Shown here: in pieces, positions 27,955-40,152 of the stretch | Position numbering within the stretch: position 1 is the first letter of the stretch | Layout of the letters: the number at the start of each line of letters is the position of its first letter | NCBI GenBank assembly: GCA_043228905.1 | Contig: JBHGNT010000012.1 | Span: 19,592,001-19,656,000 of the forward strand | Reading direction: 5' to 3' | DNA from: Azolla caroliniana | Lineage: Eukaryota; Plantae; Polypodiophyta | Length of the DNA stretch: 64,000 nucleotides | The notes under the pieces: generated by a model | The model's input: only the letters and a program-made list of their open reading frames with translations | Database searches by the model: none | Told to the model about the DNA's origin: nothing | Made by a program: the position numbers and the translations under genes

Positions 27955-30900
27955 TCACTCCGGCATGGGGTGTCTTACCAGTCCGATCCGCTTCCGGCTT
28001 GCATCCAACTTGTCGGGTATTAGAACTTTGGTCAGCATATCTGACCCGTTCTCGGCCGTGTGGATCTTCGACAGTGTGAACTCCTGGTCATCTACTCTTT
28101 CCCGGATCCAGTGATATCTTTGCTGGATATGCTTCGTCCGGGAATGGTAGGCAACATTCTTAGCAAGGTGGATGGCACTTTGACTGTCGCAATAGAGTCG
28201 GTATTCATCTTGCCGAATACCGAGCTCTCCTATGAAGTCCTTCATCCATAATATTTCCTTGCCGGCTTCCACAGCCGCCATGTACTCCGCCTCTGTGGTT
28301 GACAATGCAACCATCTTCTGCAGCCTCGACTGCCACGAAACAGCTCCCCCTACATATGTCATTACATACCCGGATGTAGACCGGCTAGTATCCACATCAG
28401 CCGACATGTCCGAATCGGTGAAACCGTCCAGTTGAGGTTTTCCGGAGCCGAATCGGAGACACATATTTGAGGTGCCCTTCAAATACCGGAGTATCCATTT
28501 GACCGCGTTCCAATGCTCCTTGTCGGATTGCTCATGAACCGGCTCACCACTCCGACTGCGTATCCTATATCCGGTCGGGTACACACCATTGCGTACATCA
28601 AGCTCCCGACGGCAGAGGCATATGGAATCTTCATCATATCCGCCTTCTCTCCTTTCGTCTTTGGGCTTTGCTTGCCGGATAGCCTGTAGTTTGCCAGAAG
28701 TGTCGATCCGACCGGTTTCACTTCTGACATGTTGAACCGGTGAAGCACCTTTGTCACGTACTTCTCCTGTGACAACCATAATTGCTTCTTTGACCGGTCC
28801 CGAATGATGTGCATCCCCAGCATCTGTCTTGTCGGACCCAAGTCTTTCATTGAGAAGGTCCAGTTGAGAGCCTTCTTCAGCATCCGTATTTTGACTTGGT
28901 CACGTCTGACGATCAACATGTCATCCACGTACAGAAGGAGTATCAAGAAGTCACCTCCTTCAAACTTCTTCACAAACATGCAGTGATCGGCCTGCGTCTT
29001 GTGGTACCCTTGATCGGTCATGAAGGAGTCGAACTTCCGGTACCATTGTCGGGGAGCCTGCTTCAGTCCGTACAGGCTCTTCTTCAGCCGGCATACCAGG
29101 TGCTCCTTCCCCTTCTCCACGAATCCTTCCAGTTGCTGCATGTAGATCTCCTCTTCGAGGTCGCCGTGAAGGAATGTCGTCTTCACGTCCAGCTGTTCTA
29201 CCTCGAGGTCCATGCTTGCCGCTATACTCAGCACCGTCCGGATGGAGGTCATCTTTACTACTTGGGCAAATATCTCGTCGAAGTCCACGCCCTTGTTCTG
29301 CTGGAACCCCTTCACCACGATCCTGGCTTTGTATCTCGAGGGGTTGTTGGCATCTCCCGGTTTCAACTTGTACACCCACTTGTTTCGGAGTGCCCGCTTT
29401 CCTTTCGGCAACTCCACCAATTCGTACGTATGGTTCTCATGCAGGGAATCCATCTCATCCTGCATGGCACTTAACCATTTTCGGCTGTGGGTGTCTTCCT
29501 TCGCTTCTTCGAAGCTTTCCGGCTCCCCCTCGTCGGTCAGCAGAACATGCTCTGCATCCAGAAATCTCCGGGGGGGCCTTCTCTCTCTGAGAGGATATCT
29601 CCGTCTCTGGGCTTCAGTGACCGGCTCATCCATCTGCTCTTCATCCGAATCCGATTCGGGATCGTGGCCGGTTCCGGTTTCAGCTTCCTCTACTTCTTCT
29701 TCAGCCCGTTCGGTATCCTCACCGTAACCGGCTGGTCCCTCGAGTGCTAACCGGTCTCTTGCCGGTTGGGTCTGCTCATCGTAGAGTCGATCCTTACCAG
29801 TCAACTCGGAGTTCATTATCTTCTTCTCCGACTCCCAGTCGGCGAGTGTCTTGTCCTCCATGAAGATAATATCTCGACTCCGGAATACCTTCTTGTCGAC
29901 CAGGTCCCACACTCGGTAGCCGAACTCATCGTCACCGTAACCGAGGAATATGCATGGCCGGGTCTTTGGATCTAACTTTCCTCTCCGGTCCTTAGCTACA
30001 TGCACGTACGCGAGACACCCGAACACCTTCAGATGCCGGTAGGACACTTCCTTACCGGTCCATACTCTCTGTGTCGTGTCTCCGTCCAAGGGTACTGAGG
30101 GTGATCTATTTATCACATATGTCGTCGTCGACAGTGCTTCAGCCCAAAACTTCTTGGGTAGTTTTGCATGCGCTAGCATACTCCGGACCCTCTCCATTAT
30201 GGTCCGGTTCATCCTCTTGGCCAGTCCGTTTAGTTCCGGCGTCTTCGGCACGGTAAATTCAAGCCGGATTCCCTTCGAGCGGCAGTACTCCTCGAACTGC
30301 CCCCGGTATTCTCCTCCGTTATCTGCTCGAACCGCCTTCAGCTTCCGGCCGGTTTCTCTTTCCACTCTCGCGTGGAGCTCTTTGAAGACGGATAGCACGT
30401 GATCCTTCGTCTTCAACGGTGTGGCCCACAGCTTCCGGCTGTGGTCATCTATGAACGTCACGAAGTACTGCGCTCCAGCATGTGACTTCCTGTCTACTTG
30501 ACACACATCCGTATGCACCAACTCCAGTGGTGCATTACGTCTCATCGGTGGCCTTGGTCGGAAGGAGGTCTGGTTTTGCTTACCGGCTAGACAATCAGTG
30601 CACTTCTCCAAGTGCACGTTCTTCACTGGAATGAGGTTGTCATCTGCAAGCCTCTTCATCCCCTTCTCGCTCATATGACACACTCTCTTGTGCCACAGCT
30701 CACCGGCAGTGTCGGATGCCACGTTCACTTCTTCCGGACATAACCGGGCATTCATCAGGTACAATGTGTTGACCTTCCGGGCCCTAGCCACAATCAGGCT
30801 CCCTTTGCTGAACTTCATGACACCGTTCCGGATGTTGCCCGTGTAGCCTTCATCATCTAGCCGACCGGCTGATATCAGGTTCAGACGAACCTCCGGAACG

Positions 30901-31989
30901 TGTCAGACATCCTTTAGCAGCAACTTGCATCCGCTTGGTGTTGACAGCCACACGTCTCCTATGCCGACAATTCGGCATGTACCTTCATTCCCCATTCGGA
31001 CACAGCCGTGATCACCGTCTGAGTAGGATGAGAAGCATTTCCGGTCCGGGGTAAGGTGGAACGATGCTCCGGAGTCTACCACCCAGGTCATCTCATCGCC
31101 GGAAAGTTTATCTCACTCTCCTCGGTGATGAGCATCAACTCTTCTTCACTTGCCGCGATTGTCGTCGTTCCCTTCCGGTCCGTTCCCCTCCGGTCTTTAC
31201 CGTTCCGGTCCGAGGTCCGCTTCGAATCGGTATCGTCGGCTTCCTTGTCTTTACGGAAATGCCGACAGCTCTTTTGGAAGTGTCCCGGCTTGCCGCAATA
31301 GAAGCAAGTGGGCCTCCCCTTGGCTTTGACCACGTCTCCGACTTCTCCCGGTCCTGGGGACTACGGTTTCTTTGTCTTCCGCGTTCCGATTCGGTAAGGA
31401 GCGCTTTGGTGTCGGAGCTCGTATCTTTATCCTTCCGACTCGCCTCCTCATCTAGCAAGCTCGACTTTACTCTTGCTAGGGATAACCGCTTTCCTTCCGG
31501 CCCGGCGTTGCCCAAACTGACAACCAACGTCTCCCAGCTATCCGGGAGGGAACCGAGTAGGAGTAGCACTAGTACCTCGTCGGCGAGAGGTACTTCCAAT
31601 GATGTTGCCTGGTGTATCAGCCCCTGGAAGGCATTCATGTGCTCCGCCATGCTGGAGCCATCTTGGTACCAGAGTCTTACTAGATTCCGGAATACCGAAA
31701 CCTGATTAACAACATTTTTGTTTTGAAACATTATGCCGATCTTCTCCCAGAGCTCATGAGCCTTGCTCTCCTCATTGAAGTTGTTGTATAGGCTCATGTC
31801 GATGAAGCACCGTGTGTACGCCGTTGTCTTCATGTGCATCACCTCCCATATCGTAGCGTCGATTTTGTCCGGTCTCTTGTCCCCGAACTGAACCGGCACT
31901 TTAACCACGAGCATGTCCCTCATCTTCGACTTCCACACTGAATAGTTGGAGCCGGTGAGCTTGAACATGCCGCCAAACGATTCGTCCAT
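27955..31989 (-). pseudogene. copia family B gag-pol with frameshifts and stops
   Basis: gag MFKLTGSNYSVWKSKMRD, knuckle CFYCGKPGHFQKSC, PR WVVDSGASFH, IN VHTDVC..TFIDD..VRADNGGEY, RT EQLDVKTTFLHG..LYVDD, RH GFTDSD..ALSTTEAEY. Confidence 0.93.
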
Positions 31990-32476
31990 TTTCTTTGTCG
32001 TTTTGCTCTGATACCACTTGATGGGAACTATTCGATCCTTATGCTCAACGCTCGGCCACAACCGAGCTTAGAATCATACACAGAAAACGGGAAATGAAAC
32101 GCACGACACAAAGGAGAGAAAAGGGTACACAGGATGTTTATGTGGAAAACCCAAACTAGGGGAAAAACCACGGCAGCCCACAGGCTGCGAACTATCACTA
32201 TGCTAGAATGTACAACAGTGAGTTCATGGAGGCAACAACCTCGTGCTCACAATCTTCGCCACAGGCGGCGGTTACAACAGAGGCAGTGACCTCTTTCTCT
32301 CTCTCACTCTCTATACAATTACGCACTCTCTCTTTTCTTGCACCAACAAGAAAATAACAACAATAATAACTAAAATTTTGCCCTAAATCATATTTATACT
32401 AATATGACTTTTCGGCTATTTACAAATATAGTGTCGATGGACTCTCAGAAACATATTTACGAATATATCTCTTCAT

Positions 32477-32695
32477 CCGGTTCTCACCGGGTTTGCACCA
32501 TCCGGCTCTTCGTAACCGGGTACTCCTCATTCAGTTCTCACCGGGTCTGCGTCATCCGGCTCTCCGTAGCCGGGTACTCCTCATCCGGTTCTCACCGAGT
32601 CTGCACCATCCGGTTCTCCGTAGCCGGGTACTCCTCATCCGGTTCTCACCAGGTCTGCGTCATCCGGCTCTCCGTAGCCGGGTACTCCTCATCCG
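32477..32695. repeat. 54-bp tandem repeat x4 inside the copia B 5' LTR
   Basis: Same unit as 27456-27890. Confidence 0.95.
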
Positions 32696-33537
32696 GTTCC
32701 GGCACTGTTCTTCTCTCTCTTCCCATCTGGAGGGACCTGTCTCCCAACACTTATTGCAATTATGCCAGGTGCAAGGCTCAATCAAGTGGGGGAATGTATG
32801 TTCGTTATCATGGCAGACCCCAATTGACAGCAATGAGCATCAGGAAGAGGGGATGACTTCGGTTATAAAAGCACAAGAGATTTTTTTCTCCACCATCGGC
32901 AATATCCACTCCACTCCTATTAGTGCCAAATCTCAACTTGTGTTGGACTTGGTCAACCCAATAACTCTTTGGATTCTATGGAAATAACAGTGTAGACGGA
33001 TCTTCTCCAACCAAAGCGCGCAACCAATAATGTTAATGCAAGAGATATGGAGTGAAGTTGTAGTCACTCTAAAGAGCCAATATGATGGCCTCAAGGGCAA
33101 CTACGATAGAGTTGAAAGACAACAACTAGCCTTTATCCAACAATGGTCGTCCTCTCCCTTTTGAGGCAGTGGGCATCCACATAAGATGGACCTACCACAT
33201 CTCTATAGAGATTTGTATTTAATAATCTCATCTGTAAAATCTTTAAATAACTAATGGAAGGAGTTTTTTTGGGGAAAAAAAAACGTGCATATGGTAATGT
33301 TGATGAATATCATTACTTTTGTTTTTAAATACTACATTATGTCCAAATATGAGCTTGGGCCTAGGGCATTGCCCATTTGAAAAAACAAACAAACAAACAA
33401 ACAAACATACATACATCATACACACACATACACTTGCATACATAATTGATATGACATGTACATATAGGATTAGGAACTAACACACATACTGTGAGTGATG
33501 TGCATACCTTGAAATATGTCATAATACATAACATATA

Positions 33538-33995
33538 TGTTGAGATATCAAGCTCAACTAAGTTTAGTCGTTTTAGTCAATCATGTAACTTAGTAGTTAC
33601 ATAAATAGAATCTATTTTGAATGTTGACTATAAAGGATTTGTTCATAGTATTTAAGTGGGAGATCTCTAGATTCCCCACTATCGAGTTCATTTAATGTAG
33701 GATTTATACCCTTGTACTTATATTTTCCTCACACGTGTGCACTCTTGCACATGAGATGTATATATACCTCATTGTGGGTATTTTTGTAATTGATGATGTC
33801 TTCTTAACATAAGTAAGAGTTCTTTGTGTTACACTCGTTAATCACCCCCCATTTACTATTGATAAATGTAACTTCCTCTCTCTCTTCCCCTCACACACAG
33901 ATCACATAATCTTCCGCAACTTAATCACACATGTGATTAAATATTCACATAATTAGATACTAATTAACCCTTGGTTAATCTTCTAGTTATTAACA
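33538..33995 (+). mobile_element. Solo LTR, copia family A-related
   Basis: TGTT..AACA ends, TSD ATATA on both sides. Start TGTTGAGATATCAAGCTCAACT resembles the LTR starts at 44860 and 23182 (minus). Confidence 0.8.
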
Positions 33996-34134
33996 ATATA
34001 CATATATAGGCAACAACATTCAAAACATATCTCTCGCACACATAAAATATAATATATACACATGCAAATCGACTCATATGCATAGACAATGTACACTACA
34101 TGCATGTATACATGCTACATATCTTCATATTAAA

Positions 34135-34404
34135 TGATATCTCCCTCTCAAGTATACATTGAGATTGTTTGTCCACATAATGATCCCAAGTCCACTAGAG
34201 ACATTTGTACTACCATGAGATATTGGCAAGCCTTCCCGTCATTAGAAGTTTATAGCCCAATATCTACATGATGATATCTCCCTCTCAAGTATACATTGAA
34301 ATTGTTTATCCACATGACGATCCCAAGCCCACTAGAGACATTTGTACTACCATGAGATGTTGGCAAGCCTTCGAGTCATTAGAAGTCTATAGCCCAATAT
34401 CTAC
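34135..34404. repeat. ~137-bp tandem duplication
   Basis: TGATATCTCCCTCTCAAGTATACATTGA..TATAGCCCAATATCTAC occurs twice. Confidence 0.9.
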
Positions 34405-34699
34405 CCCTATCACTCCCCCCCCTCCCCCCCTATAGGGTAACCTATTGGACAAAATATGTGAATACATGTGGCAGGCACAACTACAAAAGTTCTAGGGCGA
34501 GCATTGGAGGTCCATTAAAAATGCATGGTGCTTGTAAACAACATACACTCACAAATTAAACATAAATTATTGAAGAACATTGGGCCCAAATCTTATGCCA
34601 AATATTTATATGGAAGCAGTTACAAGAAGATTTATACTCCATTGGATGAGAGGCTATAATTGCGGTTATAGAACGTCACAATATAAGCATAGATAATTT

Positions 34700-35900
34700 G
34701 CACGAGGTCGATGCTTACTTCTAGCAATAGCCCTCAACAACATGTTGTATCTATCTCCATTGGGTTAGGGCCACCTATTGGAATAGAGATCAGGGCCCAC
34801 ATAGTTCCAAATGAAGGCCAACATTGCATCAACACAACCATTGCTAACACTCAAAATAGCACTCAAATATGTGGTCGATACATTGTAAACCTTGATTGGT
34901 TGACTCGATAAACGATTTAGAATCTTCATGGAATGTGAAGTAGATCCTTAACATCATTAAGGAACCTTGTCAAAATTGATCAATTAATGTCACTTCTTCC
35001 CAAGGGATGTCACATGCGAGAAAACAAAAATTAATTGCATTGTCGCAACTTTGAATCTTATTGATAGCAATTCTCACACTATTCGTATCTCCAAAACAAG
35101 ATTGAAGTTCCTTAGTAAAGTCATCAAAATTATCTAATAAATGAGACCTTTTCTTTAGTAGTGGCACAAAACGAGCTAGTTTTATAACCATCTCAACCAA
35201 CCCTATGTGTCAAATCAGTTGAGTATCAATGGGATACTTTTTTAATACTAGATGCACATTTAAGAATCCTTGGAAATAGTCACCGAGTACCTGTTGTCCA
35301 GAGAACAGAAATGTAAAATTAGGAAATTAGCAAACGCCGAGTCTGAGTATCACGGGCCACCGACGGCTCGGCTGTGTATTAGGGGAAACGTTATTTAAAC
35401 GAGGACCAGTACCTCAGAGCGGAGGAGAAGAAAAATATAGGCGGAAGCACTAGCTTAGTCCATCGTAACTAGATAATCCTGTAAGGTCACCGGCCGTAGG
35501 CCGTGTTCTGTAATCCTTTTTCTGTCGTAGTAATATATCTGATTTGTGCCCATTTTGCTCCATGTGTCTGTGCTTTGGTTCATACCTATGATTTCAGCAC
35601 CGCCCACGCCTATCAAGATCTCGCTAGTGTTTATCTCTGATCATTTTCTCCCTCACGACGCCTCTGTTACGAGCCTTCACGTACCACGCCCTTGAATACT
35701 GATAGCCGCAGATCTATCGAAGGTGTTCACCCAAAGGAACGGGTAACAGTACCATCAAACTTTGTTGGGAGACTTATCTTGAGTAACATCAAATATTGTT
35801 GTCACAAAGTTACTAGTTGTGTTAATTCCTCATGTTGTCAAGCTTTTTCCACATTCACTTTAAATCCCCAAGAAGCCTTTGATTATCTTTCTTCATGGCC
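34700..35900 (-). mobile_element. Degenerate Ty3/gypsy gag remnant interrupted by a solo LTR
   Basis: LLDNFDDFTKELQSCFGDTNSVRIAINKIQ..LACDIPWEEVTLIDQF resembles retrotransposon gag. Boundaries approximate. Confidence 0.65.
35292..35748 (+). mobile_element. Solo LTR
   Basis: TGTT..AACA ends; 5-bp TSD GTACC at 35287-35291 and 35749-35753; TATA-like TATTTAAA at ~35392. Confidence 0.85.
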
Positions 35901-35964
35901 ATGAACTTAGTTCTTAAACAATCTAGATCAATCAAAACATGCATATATTCTTACTCATTTACTG

Positions 35965-36460
35965 CTACCAAGGTTAAGAGAAGATGGGGAGAAGATAAAA
36001 ATGAGAAGTTCCTCAAGAGAAGAAAAAAAGGAATGACGTAAAATTCACATTTAGATTGCCAAGGTTAAGAGAAGATGGGAAGAAGATAGAAACTAGAAGG
36101 TCCTCAAGAGAAGAAAAAAAGGAATGAAGTAAAAGGTCATTCACATTAACATTGCAAGGTTAAGAGAAGATGGGAAGAAGATAGAAACTAGAAGGTCCTC
36201 AAGAGAAGAAAAAATGGAATGAAGTAAAAGGTCATTCACATTTACATTGTCAGGCTTGTAGCTAAGGACAAGATTAAAGTGAAGAAGAGAAAAATAATAG
36301 AAGAATTTAGGGTGGTGGTTGAGAAAAGAATAAAATCAAAGAAGAGAACAAGAAGAAGGCTTGTAGCTAAGGACAAGATTAAAGTGAAGAAGAGAAAAAT
36401 AATAGAAGAATTCAGGGTGGTGGTTGAGAAAAGGATAAAATCAAAGAAGAGAACAAGAAG
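35965..36460. repeat. Purine-rich tandem repeats: three 91-95 bp units, then two 105-bp units
   Basis: AAGGTTAAGAGAAGATGG at 35970, 36061, 36156; AGGCTTGTAGCTAAGGACAAG at 36252 and 36357. Confidence 0.9.
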
Positions 36461-38076
36461 AATGAAATAGCAGGAGAATGATAATATATTAACAATAAGT
36501 ACAAGATGTACAAGAATATGTTGAAGATAGGAATTGGAATGGTTAATCAATGACTAAATCACCTTTATGCATAATTTGTTAGATCGATGCATGTTCGCCA
36601 CCTTGCATCCATACATAATTGCACTTCGCATTCATGCAACCCATTTGACAATCATATGTTAGTCTCTAGGAAGTGGCAATACAATATAACATCATTCCCA
36701 ATAATAATAAAAAGTTGGAATAAAACTGCATTATTTTAAACGTTGTATAATAGCAATTGACAACATAATCAAAGAGGCACTAGTGGAAAATTCCCTAACT
36801 GTACTTTTGTCTCATAATTTCCAAAATTAAACTCTATGACAAGTGGGAGAGTCATGTATTGATTAAGTTTCTTTTTTAACTGCACATGCCACATAGATAA
36901 ATGTGTTTCATATGTTCATAATTATTTACACCGACAAGAGTTAGTCACTTTAATAAAAATCTCAATGACTTATCTCTAATAAAGGGATTTGAATTCATGA
37001 CAAAATGATATCGTCAAGCCCAAAGCATAAAAGTGATGTATTTCTTTTTCAAAAAAAAAAGGTGATGTATTTTGCAAGGATTTACTTCAATTGCAATCCA
37101 ACAGGATCAATAACATGGTTTCATAGTAAAATGCAAAACTACAAGATGGGAAACTGGATTAGTTCTTGTTTACTTCCATAAAAACGATATTTTTGTTTTA
37201 TAATAATATCTAGATATTAGAGAATCTATGTGTGACACATCAAATCAATTAAAGGTATCTTTCAAGGAAACACAAACTACAAAGCACTTAAGGAATGTGG
37301 GAGCCCAATGGTAGAGGGCTTTATGTGGCCAAACTCTTGAATTTTTTAAGGGGAAGTTCGTTAAGTCAAAATTATAATTAGGTTTTTAAATATTCAACAA
37401 GAAGGAACCCAAACGTATTACAATATTTAAATAAGATTGTCAATGTGGATTGTATGACACCTGTGATGTAATTTTCATGGAATTAACCGAATTATAGGCA
37501 TACAACCAAGCACACCAAGTTCCAACATACACTTGCATTCATTGGCACATAAAATATAAACGCAAACAACTCACATACCATAGAATATGGTATATCATAA
37601 CACATTCATAATCATATCGTGGCAAATGCACAAACAATCAAAAAAATAGCTTGACATATATACATGAACATATGCTCATACATATACAGACACAAAAACA
37701 TATCTGGATAGACATACATGTATGCATGGATGCATGGATGGATGCATATGTACGGGCAAGGGACAAGAAGTGGATAGGCATGAGAAGGAATCATGAATGG
37801 TTGGTCTTCAATGACAAGGTCACACCACGTGCTTTTCCCCAATTTATTCTTCATAAAATCTAAAATATAGGCGATCAATAATCTATTAAAACAAAGTGAG
37901 GTGCGAAAATCGTTGAATACATTACTCAAAAGGGACTACGAAAAGGGTCACCATAGAAGAAGAAGAAACCTTGAGTTTGCATCAACCACGCGAATTGAAT
38001 TTCAACTAAGCACTATGATTAGCTCTCTAAGATCTAAACTAATCTTAAATAGGACCTACACACATCTAAGTTTTTT

Positions 38077-38208
38077 ATGTCTAACCCTTGGCACAAATCC
38101 CCCCATGAAGACAAATTTCTACGTGATAAGCCAGGGTTCTCAAAGTCCTTGCTTGGTACACAACACACCTTACATGATGACAAAAAATTCCACCACCTTA
38201 TCCATTGA
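38077..38208 (+). pseudogene. Truncated paralog of the tyrosinase 5' end, with duplicated promoter from ~37700
   Basis: MSNPWHKSPHEDKFLRDKPGFSKSLLGTQHTLHDDKKFHHLIH* aligns with MANTWDNS..NEDISLDSGKQGFTKSLLGTQPISHEDNKSHHLIY. Upstream 37700-38076 is colinear with ~39710-40152. Confidence 0.88.
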
Positions 38209-38247
38209 TACATGGCCTAAAATGACAATAACCAACACAATCACACA

Positions 38248-38279
<32 letters not shown>

Positions 38280-39859
38280 GCGAGAATTAAAATCAAGCCC
38301 TTTTTACTAAAAACGTAAACTCTAAACACCATAACAAACATGCAACACTAAACATCACCTACAAGTTTTAAGTGTCAGCGGTCGTTTCTAGACTAAAACA
38401 CGATGCTAAACATCATTGTATTAAATCCTAAGTTTAATCTTATGTTTTTTAAACATTTTGCAAAAAACAAATATAAGAAAAAAGGGGATTCAAAATCCTC
38501 CCTTTCTTATTCTTGTTCTCAAACTCTCTTCAAACAACTAAAGTGCAAGCATGATCCCACCTCAATCCTAAGTTCTCTCTTTGTCTTTGTCTTTGTCTCG
38601 ACTGTCTCATACAATACATACATCATAGAAAGAGATATTGTCAAACCCATATAATATAAGTGATGTATTATGTAAGAGTATACATCATGTGCAATTCAAA
38701 GGACTCTACAACATGGTTTTCACAATATTTTTTTGACCATTCTTCATGGAGACAAGATATACAAGTATTTCGTTTTGCCTTGAAACCCATTGTTATTGCT
38801 ATTTTATAGAAATATTCACTTGCTAATTAGCTCATAAAATTCCTTGTTTATTTTGGTGCTCCTAAAAACATTTCATATCAAATTGAGTGCAAACTTTTAA
38901 GTGTAATGGCATGGTGATGTGCACAATGTGAAATTGGAAAATGTAGTTTTAGATACAAAACTTTCAAACAACATAAATAAAGTGGGCACGACCTCACATG
39001 ATGAAGACATTGTCAAGGAAAGTTGGCATGGGATAACTTTATTTGTTAAAGGTTTGGAAACTTAAAGTAAATATTGATTTGATAGGTGGAAATATTTGAG
39101 GAGATACTTTACTTGTAGGAATTATGAGGATTGAAGCTCATGTAGACAGAAACAATCACACCATGCTCTTAAACAAGTCGGTGTCTAACTGCAACTGAAT
39201 CGTGGATATACAAACAAAGGATTTGTTCTCGAATCGAAACACACCTTCACAACACGTGGGTCTTTTTGGATTCCTGTCTACTAGATGTAGATGAGAACGG
39301 ATTTACCCTACCGAATCACACCCAAGCCAGCGTTTCGTGGTGCCTGACAGATTGTCTATAGAGAAATGATTATCACGTCAAAGGACCGTTCAAGAAAACT
39401 TAAGCGTATATGTTTGCGAGACTTCTACTCAACTTTTTTGTGGCTTGAAGACCTCCTTCTTTGACAATTTTCATGTAGTTCCCTTATTGCCTCCCTTCTT
39501 TGTCTAGGTATAATGGCTTCATGTTTAGAGTGTGATCTTCAAAGTAGTATCCAACTATGGAAACTTGGGGGAATGTGTGAGCAATGGATGCACAGTTTGT
39601 GTGGGCAAACCTTTGAATTTTGTGTCCCAAAAATATGTAGTTTTTTTCAAAATGAAGGAATCCAAAAATAATACAATATACACATCACATACACAAACAC
39701 ATACATACATACATACATACATACATACATACATACATACATACATACATAGGGAGGAGGCCCAAGGGATGAGAAGTGGATAAGGATTGGTGGAGAAGGA
39801 GAAGATAAGTCAAAGGAAGAATAATCAATGCTAAAACTATTCAATGGTAACGTTCACAC

Positions 39860-39984
39860 CACGTGTTTTTCACCCAAATTTTTTTCTTCTTATAGTATTA
39901 GAAAACGTGATAAATAATCTACTACAATAGAGTGATGAGTGGCACACTTGCTGGACACACCACTCACAATGGGGACTATAAAAA
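39860..39984 (+). promoter_or_regulatory. Putative tyrosinase promoter: G-box and TATA box
   Basis: CACGTG at 39860-39865 (retained in the duplicate at 37826-37831); TATAAAAA at 39977-39984, ~175 nt upstream of the ATG; another ACACGTGG at 39252. Confidence 0.5.
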
Positions 39985-40152
39985 GGGTCATTAGCGAAGA
40001 AGAAGAAACATCTGAGTCCACGCCAGCCACACGAGTTCGAATTCAACTAAGCACCCTGATTAGCTCCCTAAGATCTAAACTAACGTTAACAAGATCTAAA
40101 ATAACCTTTAGAGGACCAACATATACATACATATATAGATCTAAGTTTTTAA

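Larger units (their letters stand above)
26998..32749 (-). mobile_element. Full-length Ty1/copia LTR retrotransposon (family B)
   Basis: LTRs 26998..27944 and 32019..32749; TSD CTTAT (26993-26997, 32750-32754); tRNA-iMet PBS at 32016-32005; PPT 27945-27954. Confidence 0.97.
23495..33250 (+). mobile_element. 5'-truncated, degenerate L1-type LINE (ORF2), split by a copia insertion
   Basis: APE motifs GGDFN, SRIDRLYV, FSDHYPV; RT motifs KWRPITLLNTVYKLLAK, LDFEKAYD, QQGCPMAP, FADD, KYLGFQIG, RGGLGL; Cys-rich C-terminal remnant resumes after 32750. Ends approximate. Confidence 0.88.

Noticed and set aside
27383-28114. 243-aa repeat protein (also 32404..32856)
   Set aside because: Translation of the 54-bp LTR repeat, antisense to the element; open because the unit is a multiple of 3.
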